This document shows, piece after piece, positions 18,884 to 29,761 of a stretch of 64,000 bases of DNA (position 1 is the first letter of the stretch; every line of letters starts with the position of its first letter). Location: positions 1-64,000 of the forward strand of contig JBJBCN010000002.1 of NCBI GenBank assembly GCA_047285805.1, given 5' to 3'. The notes below the pieces were generated by a model. The model saw only the letters and a program-made list of their open reading frames with translations. It searched no databases and had not been told where the DNA came from. Origin of the DNA: Synechococcus sp. GTDB taxonomy: Bacteria > Cyanobacteriota > Cyanobacteriia > PCC-6307 > Cyanobiaceae. Both the position numbers and the translations under genes were made by a program.

Positions 18884-20254
18884 CTAGAGCAGGCTTTCGA
18901 TTGCAGTCTTGAATTCGCTGCGCTGCTTCACCCCGCGGAACTGCTGCTTGAGCTCCTTGTGCAAGAAGATCTGAACGGTGGGAGTCCCGCTGACGCCAGC
19001 CTGCTGGGCGATCTCCTGTTCAGCCTCGATGTCGATCTCGATGCCCTGGGCCTGTCCCCCCAGTTCATCCAGCACGCGCTTGAGCTGCGGCTTGAGCACG
19101 TGGCAGGGGCCGCAGGTGGGTGAGGTGTAGACGACCACCAGGGGCTTGGTGCTGTCGTGATACAGCTTCCTCAGGGCAAAGCTTCCCTTCTGCCAGAGGG
19201 CATCCGCGCTGAAGTTGGCCTCATCGCTCACGGCGGTGCGCTTGGTTTCGCCCACCTCCGCAGGATCGACGGGCTCATGACTGACGGTGACCGCGAGATC
19301 TTTCTCGGTGAGCCAACGCTCCGCGGCGAGCGCGGCTTGGCAGCCGCTTCCGGCGGCCGTGATGCCCTGCCGCCATTCCGCATCCGCCACGTCACCGGAG
19401 GCGTAGACGCCCTCGACGCTCGTCTCAGGACGTCCGGGCTCGGTGATCAGGTAGCCCTTGGCATCGGTGCTCAGTTGGTCGCGCACCAGACGGGTGTTGG
19501 GGGTGTGGCCGATGGCGTAGAACATCCCTCGCACGGCCAGCTCCTCGCCGGGGCCGCCGCTGGTGTCCTTGAGCTGGATCGCCTCCAGCCAGTCCCCACC
19601 CCTGCAGTCCGCCACCTGACGGTTCCAGTGGACCTGGATCTTGGCGTTGGCGAGCACCCGATCTGCCATGGCTTTGCTGGCCCGAAGCTTGTCGCTGCGC
19701 ACGATCAGGTGGACGCGGCTGGCGTATTTGGTCAGGTAGACCGACTCTTCGCAGGCGGAGTCCCCGCCGCCGACGACCGCCAGCTTCACATCCCGGAACT
19801 GCGGAGTGGCGCCATCACAGATGGCGCAGGCGCTGATGCCGGCGTTCCAAAAGCGCTCCTCACTGGGGAGGCCCAACCGATTGGCGCTGGCCCCCGTGGC
19901 CAGGATCAACGCATGGGCCTGGATGGTCTGCCCGTCGGCCTGAATCCGGAACGGTCGCTGGGAGAGGTCGATGGCATCGGCATCGGCTTCCACCAACCGG
20001 GTGCCCCAGCGCACCGCCTGGGCCTTGGTCCGGTCCATCAGCTCGGGGCCGAGGATCCCATCGGGGAAGCCCGGAAAGTTCTCGACGTGGGTGGTGGTCA
20101 TCAGCTGACCGCCGGGTATGCCGCCGTCTTGAAAGCCCGTGATCACAACGGGGCTGAGGTTGGCTCGGGCGGCGTAGATCGCGGCGGTGTAACCCGCTGG
20201 ACCGGAGCCGACGATGACGAGGTTTTCAACCGATCCGGGCGCGCCAGCTGACAT
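18884..20254 (-). CDS. trxB: NADPH thioredoxin reductase fused to thioredoxin (NTRC type)
   Basis: GSGPAG, CAICDG, GGGDSA and a C-terminal CGPC thioredoxin domain. Confidence 0.95.
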   Translation of the reverse strand: MSAGAPGSVENLVIVGSGPAGYTAAIYAARANLSPVVITGFQDGGIPGGQLMTTTHVENFPGFPDGILGPELMDRTKAQAVRWGTRLVEADADAIDLSQRPFRIQADGQTIQAHALILATGASANRLGLPSEERFWNAGISACAICDGATPQFRDVKLAVVGGGDSACEESVYLTKYASRVHLIVRSDKLRASKAMADRVLANAKIQVHWNRQVADCRGGDWLEAIQLKDTSGGPGEELAVRGMFYAIGHTPNTRLVRDQLSTDAKGYLITEPGRPETSVEGVYASGDVADAEWRQGITAAGSGCQAALAAERWLTEKDLAVTVSHEPVDPAEVGETKRTAVSDEANFSADALWQKGSFALRKLYHDSTKPLVVVYTSPTCGPCHVLKPQLKRVLDELGGQAQGIEIDIEAEQEIAQQAGVSGTPTVQIFLHKELKQQFRGVKQRSEFKTAIESLL

Positions 20255-20381
20255 GGCCTAAAGCGGAATGACTTCGCTTTAGTCTAGGGACAATCCTGCG
20301 GGCAATTGGTGCGGCCGGGTGGGTCGGTTGCCCGAATCCCCTTTGCCGGAAGGAATAAAGGGGCGGCGCTAAAGATTCTCT

Positions 20382-20627
20382 TTAGATTTCAAGCAAGCCG
20401 TCGGATTCGTTGCTGGTTTCGTTCTCGGGGCGTGTCTTGAAGTGGGGGACCATCAAGACCTGGTCCAGGATCAGCTCCGGTTGGTCATCAGCACAGAGGA
20501 TCCATTCCCGGAACTCCTCTGTCAGGGCATAACTGTCTTCGTAGAGCTCGCGATCATCAAGGCAAGCAATGCGTGTAACAGCCCAGTTGGTTGCAACTGT
20601 GATGCGCCGTTGGATTGAACCGTGCAT
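20382..20627 (-). CDS. Conserved hypothetical protein
   Basis: GGAG before the ATG. MHGSIQRRI...EEFREW. Confidence 0.7.
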   Translation of the reverse strand: MHGSIQRRITVATNWAVTRIACLDDRELYEDSYALTEEFREWILCADDQPELILDQVLMVPHFKTRPENETSNESDGLLEI

Positions 20628-20724
20628 GGTTCTCCGTGCGGTTGAGACCACGTTGGCGGTTGGAGTGCCGCTTCCCGGGGTTGATTTGCACAACGTCGCA
20701 TTTATTGCCTTTCCTTCGATGTAG

Positions 20725-22209
20725 TCATTGATGCATCAAGAAGTCAGGTAGCTGCGGTCCTCGCACGCGGATGACCCCTCCGGCCCCGTCTTCGACGGCC
20801 TGCAGCGGCAAGCTCGCTCCGCGCAGTTGCCCGCTGGGCTCCTCGGGGGCCTCGTTGGTCTTGGGCCGCAGAACGTAGGGCTCGCTGAGGGACCAGGTTC
20901 GGGCGTACTGCATCAGCAGCGGATCCGCCGGTGCAAACACGTATGAGGGGTGCCTCGGCACGGTTTCGGCGCTGGCCCGCTCCCCGTTCATCCGCACGGC
21001 TCGGGTGATGGCCTGCACAAAACGGGTGCGGGTCACCACGGTGGTCAGGTAGGCCACCACCCGCAGCCTGGGTGAGTCGAACCCCTCGGCGCACATGTCG
21101 ATGCTGACGAGCCAGTCCGAGTCCCCGGCCTTGAATCGTTCCATGCGCTCAGCTGCCTCGGGATCCTGCGAATGGACCAGATGAACCCGGTCCCCCTCCT
21201 CCTCCAGCAGGCCGCAGATCCTTCGGGCGTGCGCGATGTCGCGGGCGACCACCAGCCCGCCCGCTTCAGGGTGCTCCCGCCGCACGGCCTCCAGCCGTTT
21301 TCGAGCGTTCAGCAGCAATCGCAGGGCGATGCTGCTGCTGTCCCCCAGGCGGATCGCCCGCCGCAGGTTCCTGGCCCGCCAGCTCTCCCGTTCTTCCTGG
21401 GACAGGGGTGAGCGTTCGGTGTCGCCTGAGTCCCCCTGGCGGCCGTGATCCACCCAGCCGTCTTGGAAGCGGAATTCCAGGGGACGCACATCCCCGGCTT
21501 GGATTAATTCCCGGGGCTCCACGCTGAGGTCGGGGGCAATCTGCTCCACCCACTCCTGGCCGTCGTGGATCTGAATCCGCCTAGCCGCGCAGAAGCCCAG
21601 GTTGTCGGCCCGAAAAGGCGTCCCGGTGAGCCCCAGGCGCAGCTGGGCGCGTTCGCTGAGGCGGCTGAAGGCGTATCCCCATGCGGTGGCCTCCGGTTCC
21701 TCGGGGTCGACCCCCAGGTGGTGCACTTCATCGGCGATGGCCAGCCAGGGGCCCCAGCCCCATTGGGACAGCTGCTGCTCGAGGGAGTCCAGGTTGCGCC
21801 CGGCGGCTTGATAGGTGATCAGCAGCCCATGGCTCTCCGCGAGGTCGCTGGCCCCCAGGCCCGGTTGCCAGTCCTTGAGCTTCAGGTTGAGCTGCTCGGC
21901 TGAGGAGATCCACTGGGCCGCGATGGAGCTGCGATGGCAGAACACAAGGAAGCGCTCCAGCCGTCCTTCCCGCAGCAGCCGCTCGAAGCTCAGAAGGGCC
22001 CCCAGGGTTTTGCCGGCCCCTGGCCCCGCATTGATCAAGACGTCGCTGCCTTGGCGTGCTTCCAGCCGGCGCCGTAGCAGTTGGATCAGCTGGGTTTGCC
22101 ACTGCCGCGGCTGCAGGTGGTTGAGCGTCCGAGGATCCAGCGCAGCGGGCTCCGCGGCGACGGCGGGGGTGCGCTTGGGGACGCGCAGGTCAAACGACAG
22201 CGATCGCAT
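20725..22209 (-). CDS. SF2 DEAD/DEAH-box-like helicase
   Basis: GPGAGKT, DEVHH, LTGTP, EGFD and QAITRAVR motifs. Confidence 0.9.
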   Translation of the reverse strand: MRSLSFDLRVPKRTPAVAAEPAALDPRTLNHLQPRQWQTQLIQLLRRRLEARQGSDVLINAGPGAGKTLGALLSFERLLREGRLERFLVFCHRSSIAAQWISSAEQLNLKLKDWQPGLGASDLAESHGLLITYQAAGRNLDSLEQQLSQWGWGPWLAIADEVHHLGVDPEEPEATAWGYAFSRLSERAQLRLGLTGTPFRADNLGFCAARRIQIHDGQEWVEQIAPDLSVEPRELIQAGDVRPLEFRFQDGWVDHGRQGDSGDTERSPLSQEERESWRARNLRRAIRLGDSSSIALRLLLNARKRLEAVRREHPEAGGLVVARDIAHARRICGLLEEEGDRVHLVHSQDPEAAERMERFKAGDSDWLVSIDMCAEGFDSPRLRVVAYLTTVVTRTRFVQAITRAVRMNGERASAETVPRHPSYVFAPADPLLMQYARTWSLSEPYVLRPKTNEAPEEPSGQLRGASLPLQAVEDGAGGVIRVRGPQLPDFLMHQ

Positions 22210-22325
22210 GCCGCCATTGTGTTGCGATTCCTCCAAAAAAGTTGGGCACTTATACCTATTCGCATCGGCGCTGGACGCACTAACTTCCGGCCATCACCCG
22301 CTCCCGGGCTTTGCCCCTTTCGCCC

Positions 22326-22502
22326 ATGGATGAGCGTTCTTTGTTTTCACTGAATACCGACGAGCTGCGTCAGCGCTTCGAGCTGGCGCTGAGCTTGGAG
22401 TGCGATCTCGATCCGATGATCCTGCGCGCACGCCAACTGCGCCGGCAGGGCTCCAGCCCCCAGGCCCGCTGTTTAGAACAGGAGCTTCTACCCCTGTTCT
22501 GA
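22326..22502 (+). CDS. Small hypothetical protein
   Basis: 58-aa ORF ending 4 nt before the next gene. Confidence 0.55.
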   Translation: MDERSLFSLNTDELRQRFELALSLECDLDPMILRARQLRRQGSSPQARCLEQELLPLF

Positions 22503-22506
22503 GCCC

Positions 22507-23175
22507 ATGCGCGTGGCGGTCACCGGCGCCTCCGGCAAAACCGGTTGGAGAGTCGTCGAAGAAGCCTTAGCTCGTGGCTTCGATGTCCGCGCGATTGTTC
22601 GGCCGTCCTCCTTCCTGCCGCCCGGCTTAGGTGCTGCAGAGATCCATCGGCTTCAGCTCAGTGACGGCCCTGCCCTCCAGGACGCTCTGCGGGACTGCGA
22701 CGCCCTAATTATTGCTACGGGTGCCCGACCCAGCATCGATCTCTTGGGGCCCCTCAAGGTGGATGCCCTGGGGGTGCGTCAACAGCTCGAGGCCTGCCGC
22801 GCCGTCGGCCTGAAGCGTGTCGTGCTCGTGAGTTCCCTCTGTGCGGGCCGCTGGCTGCACCCGTTGAACCTCTTTGGCTTGATCCTGGTCTGGAAACGCC
22901 TGGGTGAGCAGTGGCTCGAGCAGAGCGGTCTGGAGGTCACCATCGTTCGCCCCGGCGGCCTGAAGGAAGCGGAGGAGGACTTGGCGGTCCAGGAGCTGTT
23001 TTTCTCCGGGGCTGACCAACAGCAGGACGGCAGCCTTCCCCGTCGTCTAGTGGCCCGGGTTTGTCTGGATGCCTTGACGGTTCCAGCCAGCGTGGGACGC
23101 ATTGTGGAGATCACGAGTGCGGTCCCGGATGCTCCGGCCCCTCAAGCCCCTGCGCTTGCCAGCTGGTTGGCTTGA
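22507..23175 (+). CDS. NAD(P)-binding atypical SDR
   Basis: TGASGKTG, VSSL and RPGGL motifs. Confidence 0.9.
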   Translation: MRVAVTGASGKTGWRVVEEALARGFDVRAIVRPSSFLPPGLGAAEIHRLQLSDGPALQDALRDCDALIIATGARPSIDLLGPLKVDALGVRQQLEACRAVGLKRVVLVSSLCAGRWLHPLNLFGLILVWKRLGEQWLEQSGLEVTIVRPGGLKEAEEDLAVQELFFSGADQQQDGSLPRRLVARVCLDALTVPASVGRIVEITSAVPDAPAPQAPALASWLA

Positions 23176-23223
23176 GAACGCTTCCGGCCGTATGCGAATC
23201 TGCCTCCACCCAGGGTCGAGACA

Positions 23224-24372
23224 TTGATTTGTGTTTTAGTGGCAAGGGAGTGCCGGCCTGGTGAAACCAGGGTTGCGGCCACTCCCGAAACCGTGCGCCG
23301 TTTGGTGGCACGCGGCTGCACCTTTGTCGTGGAGCGCGGCGCTGGCCAGGCCAGCGGTTACGACGATCCCTCCTACGAAGAGGCAGGTGCTGCACTGGTG
23401 GACTCCAGTTCTGAGCAGTGGTCCCAAGCTGATGTAGTCCTAGCCGTCCAGGGCTCGGATCTAGCCCAACAGCGCTCCGAACTCGCTTCTCTGAAGCCTG
23501 GCGCCCTTCTGCTGGGTCTGCTGGAGCCCCACGGCAATGACGCCCTCAAGCAGCGCTTTGAGGCCGGTCGCGTGACCGCGCTGGCCCTTGAGCTGCTGCC
23601 TCGCATCAGCCGGGCCCAGAGCATGGACGTGCTCTCCTCCCAAGCCAACATCGCTGGCTACAAGGCCGTACTGCTCGCCTCGGCGGCGCTGGATCGCTAC
23701 GTGCCGATGCTGATGACTGCCGCCGGCACCATCCAACCGGCCCGCGCCCTGATCCTCGGTGCCGGCGTGGCCGGTCTCCAGGCCCTCGCGACCGCCCGTC
23801 GCCTTGGTGCCGTGGCCTACGTCAGCGACGTCCGTCCCGCCGCTAAGGAGCAGGTGGAGTCCCTCGGCGGCCGCTTCATTGATCCCCCTGAGCTGGATCA
23901 GAAGCCCGGTGAGGCCGGTGGTTATGCCAAGCAGGCCACCGAGGCGTTCCTGTCTGAGCAGCGTCGTCAGCTCACCGAACAGCTGGCCCTGGCTGACATG
24001 GTGATTTGCACCGCCCAGGTTCCCGGCAAGAAGGCGCCACGTCTGATTGATGACGCGATGCTCCAACACATGCGTCCCGGCAGTGTCGTGGTTGACCTGG
24101 CGGTTGCCCAAGGCGGCAACTGCGAAGGCACCGTGCCCGGTCAGACCGTCTTCCGCCATGGCGTTCAGCTGGTCGCTGGTGATGGGCTGCCCTGCAGCGT
24201 GGCCAACCACGCCAGTGCCCTTTATTCCCGCAACATCGCTGCCCTGCTGGAGCTGTTGCTGAACACCACCGCCGAGGGGGCCTCCTCGGTGAACCTCGAT
24301 CTCGACGATGAGATCGTCTCTGGCTGCCTCTTCAGCCACAACGCCCCTGAATCCGCCGGAGGTGCTGCATGA
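23224..24372 (+). CDS. pntA: NAD(P) transhydrogenase alpha subunit, domain I
   Basis: ETRVAATP, RISRAQSMDVLSSQ and GAGVAGLQA motifs. Confidence 0.97.
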   Translation: MICVLVARECRPGETRVAATPETVRRLVARGCTFVVERGAGQASGYDDPSYEEAGAALVDSSSEQWSQADVVLAVQGSDLAQQRSELASLKPGALLLGLLEPHGNDALKQRFEAGRVTALALELLPRISRAQSMDVLSSQANIAGYKAVLLASAALDRYVPMLMTAAGTIQPARALILGAGVAGLQALATARRLGAVAYVSDVRPAAKEQVESLGGRFIDPPELDQKPGEAGGYAKQATEAFLSEQRRQLTEQLALADMVICTAQVPGKKAPRLIDDAMLQHMRPGSVVVDLAVAQGGNCEGTVPGQTVFRHGVQLVAGDGLPCSVANHASALYSRNIAALLELLLNTTAEGASSVNLDLDDEIVSGCLFSHNAPESAGGAA

Positions 24373-24668
24373 GCAGCCTGAATGAAGCCCTGTGGGTGCT
24401 GCTGCTCGGCAGCCTCCTGGGACTGGAACTGATTGGCAAGGTGCCTCCCACCCTGCACACCCCCCTGATGAGTGGCGCGAATGCCATCAGCGGCATCACC
24501 GTGCTGGCCTCCCTGACCCTGATCGCTCAGGCCCAGGGCAATCCCGGGATGTTGATCCTCGGCGCGGTCTCCCTGGGCTTTGCCCTGTTCAACGTGATCG
24601 GGGGGTTCCTCGTGACCGACCGCATGCTCGCCATGTTCAGCCGCAAGAAGTCAGGAGCACGCCGATGA
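24369..24668 (+). CDS. pntA2: NAD(P) transhydrogenase alpha subunit, membrane part
   Basis: VPPTLHTPLMSGANAISG and GGFLVTDRMLAMF. Confidence 0.95.
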   Translation: MSSLNEALWVLLLGSLLGLELIGKVPPTLHTPLMSGANAISGITVLASLTLIAQAQGNPGMLILGAVSLGFALFNVIGGFLVTDRMLAMFSRKKSGARR

Positions 24669-26080
24669 GTGGCCTCGCGCTGTTTGGTTATCTGATTGAC
24701 CTGCTGGCAGTCCTGCTGCTGGCCCTGGGCCTCAAGGGCCTCTCCAAAGTCCGCTCCGCCCGCTCCGCCAACGGCCTCGCCGCCCTGGCTATGGGCTTGG
24801 CTGTTGTCGGCCTGTTGATTCAGCTGGCCCCCTCGCCGGTGGCCTGGCTCTGGATTGCCGTGGGTATGGCCGCTGGCGGTCTCCTGGGTTTGATCACCGC
24901 CCGCCGGGTGCCGATGACCTCCATGCCGGAGACCGTCGCCCTCTTTAACGGCTGCGGAGGCATGGCCTCGCTTCTGGTGGCCATTGCCGTGGCCCTCTAC
25001 AACTCCGCTGAGTCGGACATGGTGGCCCTGGTGTCCATCGTCATTTCGGTCTTTGTCGGCGCGATCACCTTTAGCGGCTCCATTGTGGCGATGGGCAAGC
25101 TGCAGGGCTGGATTGATACCCCCGGTTGGACCCAAAGCCAGGTCCGCCATGGCGTGAACATCGCCATTGCTGTTGCCGCCCTGGTCGGCGCCTTCGCCCT
25201 CCCCGGCGATCCCGCTGGCTCTTCGCTCTGGCTGCTGGTGGTGGCCTCCAGCTTGCTCGGCATTGGCGTGACCCTGCCCATCGGCGGCGCGGACATGCCG
25301 GTGGTGATTTCGCTGCTGAACTCCTATTCCGGCGTGGCTGCCGCAGCCGCTGGTTTCGTGGTGGGCAGCCAGCTGCTCATCGTGGCTGGCGCCATGGTCG
25401 GTGCCGCTGGCCTGATCCTCACCCAGGTGATGTGCGACGGCATGAACCGCTCCCTGGTGAGCGTGCTCTTCGGTGGTGCCCTCGGTGGCAGCGCCCCCGT
25501 GGGTGGCGGCGGCGATGAAGCCGGCTACAGCCGGATCGTCAGCTGCAGCCCTGAAGAGTGCGCTATGGCCCTCGAGAGCGCCGAGCGCGTCGTCTTTGTT
25601 CCTGGTTACGGCCTTGCCGTGGCCCAGGCTCAGCACGCCCTGCGCGAGCTGGCGAAGATGCTCGAGGCCAATGGCTCCGAGGTTAGCTACGCCATCCACC
25701 CCGTGGCCGGCCGCATGCCGGGCCACATGAACGTGCTTCTGGCGGAAGCCGACGTCCCTTACGAGCAGCTGCTCGAGATGGACACCATCAACCCCGAGTT
25801 CCCCCGCACCGATGTCGTTATCGTTCTGGGTGCGAACGACGTGGTGAACCCGGACGCCAAGAACGACCCCAACAGCCCCCTCTACGGCATGCCCGTCCTC
25901 GAGGTGGATGGATCACGTCAGGTGTTCGTTGTCAAGCGCAGCATGGGCTCCGGTTATGCCGGCATCAAGAACGCCCTGTTCGAACTGCCCCAAACCGCGA
26001 TGGTATTCGGTGATGCCAAGGCCGTGCTCCAGGGCCTCTGCTCTGAACTGCGCAGTCAGGGCATCGGTAAGGGCGCTTGA
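24665..26080 (+). CDS. pntB: NAD(P) transhydrogenase beta subunit
   Basis: IGGADMPVVISLLNSYSG and HPVAGRMPGHMNV. ATGA overlap. Confidence 0.97.
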   Translation: MSGLALFGYLIDLLAVLLLALGLKGLSKVRSARSANGLAALAMGLAVVGLLIQLAPSPVAWLWIAVGMAAGGLLGLITARRVPMTSMPETVALFNGCGGMASLLVAIAVALYNSAESDMVALVSIVISVFVGAITFSGSIVAMGKLQGWIDTPGWTQSQVRHGVNIAIAVAALVGAFALPGDPAGSSLWLLVVASSLLGIGVTLPIGGADMPVVISLLNSYSGVAAAAAGFVVGSQLLIVAGAMVGAAGLILTQVMCDGMNRSLVSVLFGGALGGSAPVGGGGDEAGYSRIVSCSPEECAMALESAERVVFVPGYGLAVAQAQHALRELAKMLEANGSEVSYAIHPVAGRMPGHMNVLLAEADVPYEQLLEMDTINPEFPRTDVVIVLGANDVVNPDAKNDPNSPLYGMPVLEVDGSRQVFVVKRSMGSGYAGIKNALFELPQTAMVFGDAKAVLQGLCSELRSQGIGKGA

Positions 26081-26130
26081 GTCGCTCCACGCCAACGCGC
26101 GGCATTGGGGTCCCTCGGGGCCCCTTTTCC

Positions 26131-27141
26131 ATGGACGGTGAACCGCCGTTTCAGCCTCGTTTCCCCTGGTGGAACGGCGACCTGCAAACCCTCCGGGATA
26201 CCTTCCGCTCGGATGCTCTGCCCCCCGATCAGGGCCAGCTCCTGCCCTTGGATGTGGGCGGCGGCGAGCAACTCCTCGCCAAGTTGGATGCCCCCTTCTC
26301 TCGGCCGGAGCCCCTGGGCTTGGTGCTGTTGATGCATGGCCTGGGGGGATCCAGCCAACGTGGCGGACTGCGGCGGATGGGAGATACCCTTCAGCGCTCA
26401 GGCTTTGCCGTGCTCCGGCTGAACATGCGTGGTGCAGGCGAAGGCCGTGCCCTGGCTCGCGGCACCTATGCGGCCAACAGCAATCGCGATCTGCTGCCGG
26501 TCCTGCGGCAGGCCCGCAGCTTGGCCGCCGGCCGCCCTCTGCTCGGGATGGGGATTTCCCTGGGCGGAACCAAGTTGCTCAATGCCCTTACCTCCAGCGC
26601 ACTCGAGCGCCGCACGGCCGGTCTCGATCCCCAGGCGCCACTCCTCGATGGGCTCGTCACCATCAGCACTCCGGTGGATCTCGAGAGCTGCTCGCGCCAA
26701 ATCGAGCGGCCCCGTAACTGCCTCTACCAGCACTGGCTGTTGAAGCGGCTGGTGGCCCAGACCCTGGCGGATCCCTTCGGCGTCACTACGACCGAACGGC
26801 AGGCCCTCGAGGGCCACTTGCCGACCATTCGCGCCTTCGATGCAGCCATTACGGCTCCCCGCTGGAGCTATGCCTCGGTGAGCGACTACTACCGCCAGGC
26901 CAGTCCCCTTTGGCGTCTGCAGGACCCCCGCATCAGGCGCCAGCTGCCGCCCGTCTTGTTGATCCATGCGGACGACGACCCCTGGGTGCCCGTGGAGCCG
27001 ACCCGCAGACTGGAAGCGTTCCAGGACGATCGCTTCCAGCTGCTACTGACGGCGAAGGGGGGACACAACGGCTTCCACGGCCGCGGCGGCTGTTGGACCG
27101 ATCGGCTCACGTCCCGCTGGTTTCAGGCCTTGCTGGCCTGA
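26131..27141 (+). CDS. YheT-like alpha/beta hydrolase
   Basis: HGLGGS, GISLGG, DDPW and GGHNGF motifs. Confidence 0.88.
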   Translation: MDGEPPFQPRFPWWNGDLQTLRDTFRSDALPPDQGQLLPLDVGGGEQLLAKLDAPFSRPEPLGLVLLMHGLGGSSQRGGLRRMGDTLQRSGFAVLRLNMRGAGEGRALARGTYAANSNRDLLPVLRQARSLAAGRPLLGMGISLGGTKLLNALTSSALERRTAGLDPQAPLLDGLVTISTPVDLESCSRQIERPRNCLYQHWLLKRLVAQTLADPFGVTTTERQALEGHLPTIRAFDAAITAPRWSYASVSDYYRQASPLWRLQDPRIRRQLPPVLLIHADDDPWVPVEPTRRLEAFQDDRFQLLLTAKGGHNGFHGRGGCWTDRLTSRWFQALLA

Positions 27142-27476
27142 AACGGCATCCGTTTGAAGATCCACTCCTCGATGGGCGCGCCGCCGATGACGTGCTCCCT
27201 CAGGATCCGCTCGATCCGCTCGGCGCTGACACCGCCGTAGACGATCCCCTCGGGCCAGATCAACAGCACCGGGCCTTCGGCGCAGATCCGCAGGCAGTCC
27301 GCCTTGCTGCGCAGCACGATTCCCTCTGCCCGGGACGGGTCTTCAAGTCCCCACTCCCGCACCAGCCGCTTGAGGGTGTTCCAGCTTTCAATCCCAACGG
27401 CTGGATCAGGGGTGCAGAGCGCCTTGGCCGGGGTCGCGCACAGCAGCAGGTGGTGCTGAATCAATAGCTGGCTCAA
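27123..27476 (-). CDS. Thioredoxin-like [2Fe-2S] ferredoxin
   Basis: HLLLC...C...[13 protein letters not shown]. Confidence 0.88.
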   Translation of the reverse strand: MSQLLIQHHLLLCATPAKALCTPDPAVGIESWNTLKRLVREWGLEDPSRAEGIVLRSKADCLRICAEGPVLLIWPEGIVYGGVSAERIERILREHVIGGAPIEEWIFKRMPFQASKA

Positions 27477-28696
27477 ACAGAGACTGCTGCAGCCTCACGG
27501 ACCGTCTGACGGGACCAGGCGTCGACCGCGAGCACATCGTCCAGGGAGGGGTGGGCCGTGAGGTCGGCCTTGTGGCGATCGCAGACCGCGTCGATCAATT
27601 TCGGAATGTCCAGGAAGTGAATTCGCTCCTCGAGGAAGAGCGCCACGGCCTGTTCGTTGGCGGCGTTCATCACCGCTGGCATCGTTCCCCCGGCGCGGCC
27701 TGCGGCATAGGCCAGCTCCATGCAGGGGTACTTGGCCGGGTCGGGCTTGCGGAAGGTCAGTTGCCCCACTTCCGTCAGATCGAGGCGGCGCCAGGGGGTC
27801 TCGAGGCGCTCCGGCCAGCTCAGGCAGTAGAGGATCGGCAGCTTCATGTCCGGCCAACCCAGCTGGCCGAGCACGGAGGAATCCGCCAGCTCCACCATCG
27901 AGTGGATGATCGATTGCGGGTGGATGACGATCTCGATGTGTTCGTAGTCCAGACCGAAGAGGTAGTGGGCCTCGATCACCTCCAGACCCTTGTTCATCAA
28001 GGAGGCGGAGTCCACCGTGATCTTGCGCCCCATGCTCCAATTGGGGTGGCTGGTGGCATCGGCCACGGTGGCCTTGTGCAGATCCGCCGCGTCCCAATCG
28101 CGGAAGGCGCCGCCGCTTGCAGTCAGTTGGATTCGGCGCAGCCCCGGCGTGGGCACGCCAGTGGAGAGTCGCGCGGTGTCGGCCCAGGGGGTGCCCTGCA
28201 GGCACTGGAAGATCGCGGAGTGCTCGGAGTCCGCCGGGAGCAGGCGTGAGCCGCTCTTGGCCAGTTCCGGCAGCACCACCGGACCGGCGGCGATCAGGGT
28301 TTCCTTGTTGGCCAAGGCCAGGTCCTTGCCGGCGCGGATCGCGGCCAGGGTCGGCAGCAGGCCGGCGCAGCCGACGATGCCGGTCACGACGAGGTCGGTC
28401 GTGGACCAGGACGCGGCGGAGCAGAGCCCATCGGAGCCGCCCACTAGCTCCGGCAATTTCGCGGGTCGTTCGCTGGGGGCCAGCGCCTGCAGGCGCTCCT
28501 GCAGCGCGGGTAGCTTGGCTTCGTCCGCCAGGGCTACCACCTCGGGGGCGTGCTTCTGGATTTGATGAATAAGCAGGTCGAGGTTGTTGCCGGCCGTCAG
28601 GGCGACGACCCGGAAGCGATCCGGGAATTCCTCGACAATCTCCAGGGTTTGGGTGCCGATGGATCCAGTGGAGCCGAGCACGGAGAGGGCTTTCAC
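27473..28696 (-). CDS. dxr: 1-deoxy-D-xylulose 5-phosphate reductoisomerase
   Basis: [19 protein letters not shown] and HPNWSMG motifs. Confidence 0.98.
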   Translation of the reverse strand: MKALSVLGSTGSIGTQTLEIVEEFPDRFRVVALTAGNNLDLLIHQIQKHAPEVVALADEAKLPALQERLQALAPSERPAKLPELVGGSDGLCSAASWSTTDLVVTGIVGCAGLLPTLAAIRAGKDLALANKETLIAAGPVVLPELAKSGSRLLPADSEHSAIFQCLQGTPWADTARLSTGVPTPGLRRIQLTASGGAFRDWDAADLHKATVADATSHPNWSMGRKITVDSASLMNKGLEVIEAHYLFGLDYEHIEIVIHPQSIIHSMVELADSSVLGQLGWPDMKLPILYCLSWPERLETPWRRLDLTEVGQLTFRKPDPAKYPCMELAYAAGRAGGTMPAVMNAANEQAVALFLEERIHFLDIPKLIDAVCDRHKADLTAHPSLDDVLAVDAWSRQTVREAAAVSV

Positions 28697-28771
28697 GGCG
28701 GAGCTCCAGGAATCTGCGGCCAGTTTCCCATTTCCAGGCGCTTAGCGTTGCCGGCACTCCTTTGATCCGCG

Positions 28772-29710
28772 ATGGCCGAGCAGACTCCGGCGGCGCCCCA
28801 GCGCTGGCTCTACGTCCTGGGTTGTGGCTTCGCCATGGGTGCGGCCGACGTGGTCCCGGGGGTTTCCGGGGGGACGATGGCCTTCATCCTCGGTATCTAC
28901 GGCACCCTGCTGGAGGCCGTTTCCGGCTTTGACTTCGAGCTCCTCGGCCTGTTGCGCCGCGGCGCCTGGGCCGAAGCGGCGGCACGGGTGCACTTGGGCT
29001 TCTTGGTGCCGCTGTTGGCCGGCCTGTTGGGGTCCGTGCTGGTGCTCGTGCGCCCGATCGCCTGGCTCTATGTGAACGAGCCGGCCCTGCTCTTTGCCTT
29101 TTTCTTTGGTCTAATCGTCGGCTCTATCGTGCTAGTCGCCCGCCACGCCCACTGGGGTGCCGCAGGCCTGCTGGCGATGGTGGTCGGTGTGGCGGCGGCG
29201 CTGCTGCTGGTGACGCGTACGCCGGTGACGATGCCCCACGACCCCTTCACGATCTTCTGGAGCGGGGCCGTGGCGATCATGGCGATGATTCTTCCGGGGG
29301 TGTCCGGCTCATTCCTGCTGCTAGTGCTCGGGCAGTACCAGCACGTGATGGAGGGGGTAAAGGCCCTGGATCTGGCGACCTTGGTGCCCTTCGCCCTGGG
29401 CTGTGCGATGGGTCTGCTGCTGTTCGTGCGTCTGCTGAGCTGGTTGCTGAAGCGTTGGCACGGCCAGACCGTCGCCCTGCTAATGGGCTTCATGGCCGGT
29501 TCCCTCTGGAAGATTTGGCCCTTCCGCACCGTGCTGGAGAGCACCACAAATGCCAAAGGCAAGCTGATCGTCCTGCGGGATGCCCTGGCGGCGCCCCCCA
29601 GCGCTTCGGCCTTGGCCGTGTCCCTTTTGTTGATGGGCCTTGGGGTGCTGTTGGTGTTGGGTCTTGAGCGGGTGCAGCAGCGCATGGGCGCTGCGGAAAT
29701 GGGCGGCTGA
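28772..29710 (+). CDS. DUF368 membrane protein (undecaprenyl-phosphate translocase family)
   Basis: Two PGVSG repeats (DVVPGVSGGT and MILPGVSGS). Confidence 0.9.
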   Translation: MAEQTPAAPQRWLYVLGCGFAMGAADVVPGVSGGTMAFILGIYGTLLEAVSGFDFELLGLLRRGAWAEAAARVHLGFLVPLLAGLLGSVLVLVRPIAWLYVNEPALLFAFFFGLIVGSIVLVARHAHWGAAGLLAMVVGVAAALLLVTRTPVTMPHDPFTIFWSGAVAIMAMILPGVSGSFLLLVLGQYQHVMEGVKALDLATLVPFALGCAMGLLLFVRLLSWLLKRWHGQTVALLMGFMAGSLWKIWPFRTVLESTTNAKGKLIVLRDALAAPPSASALAVSLLLMGLGVLLVLGLERVQQRMGAAEMGG

Positions 29711-29761
29711 GGTCGCTCCCTTGCCGCGCCGGGGAAACTGGGGGCTGCTTGCATCCCTTGC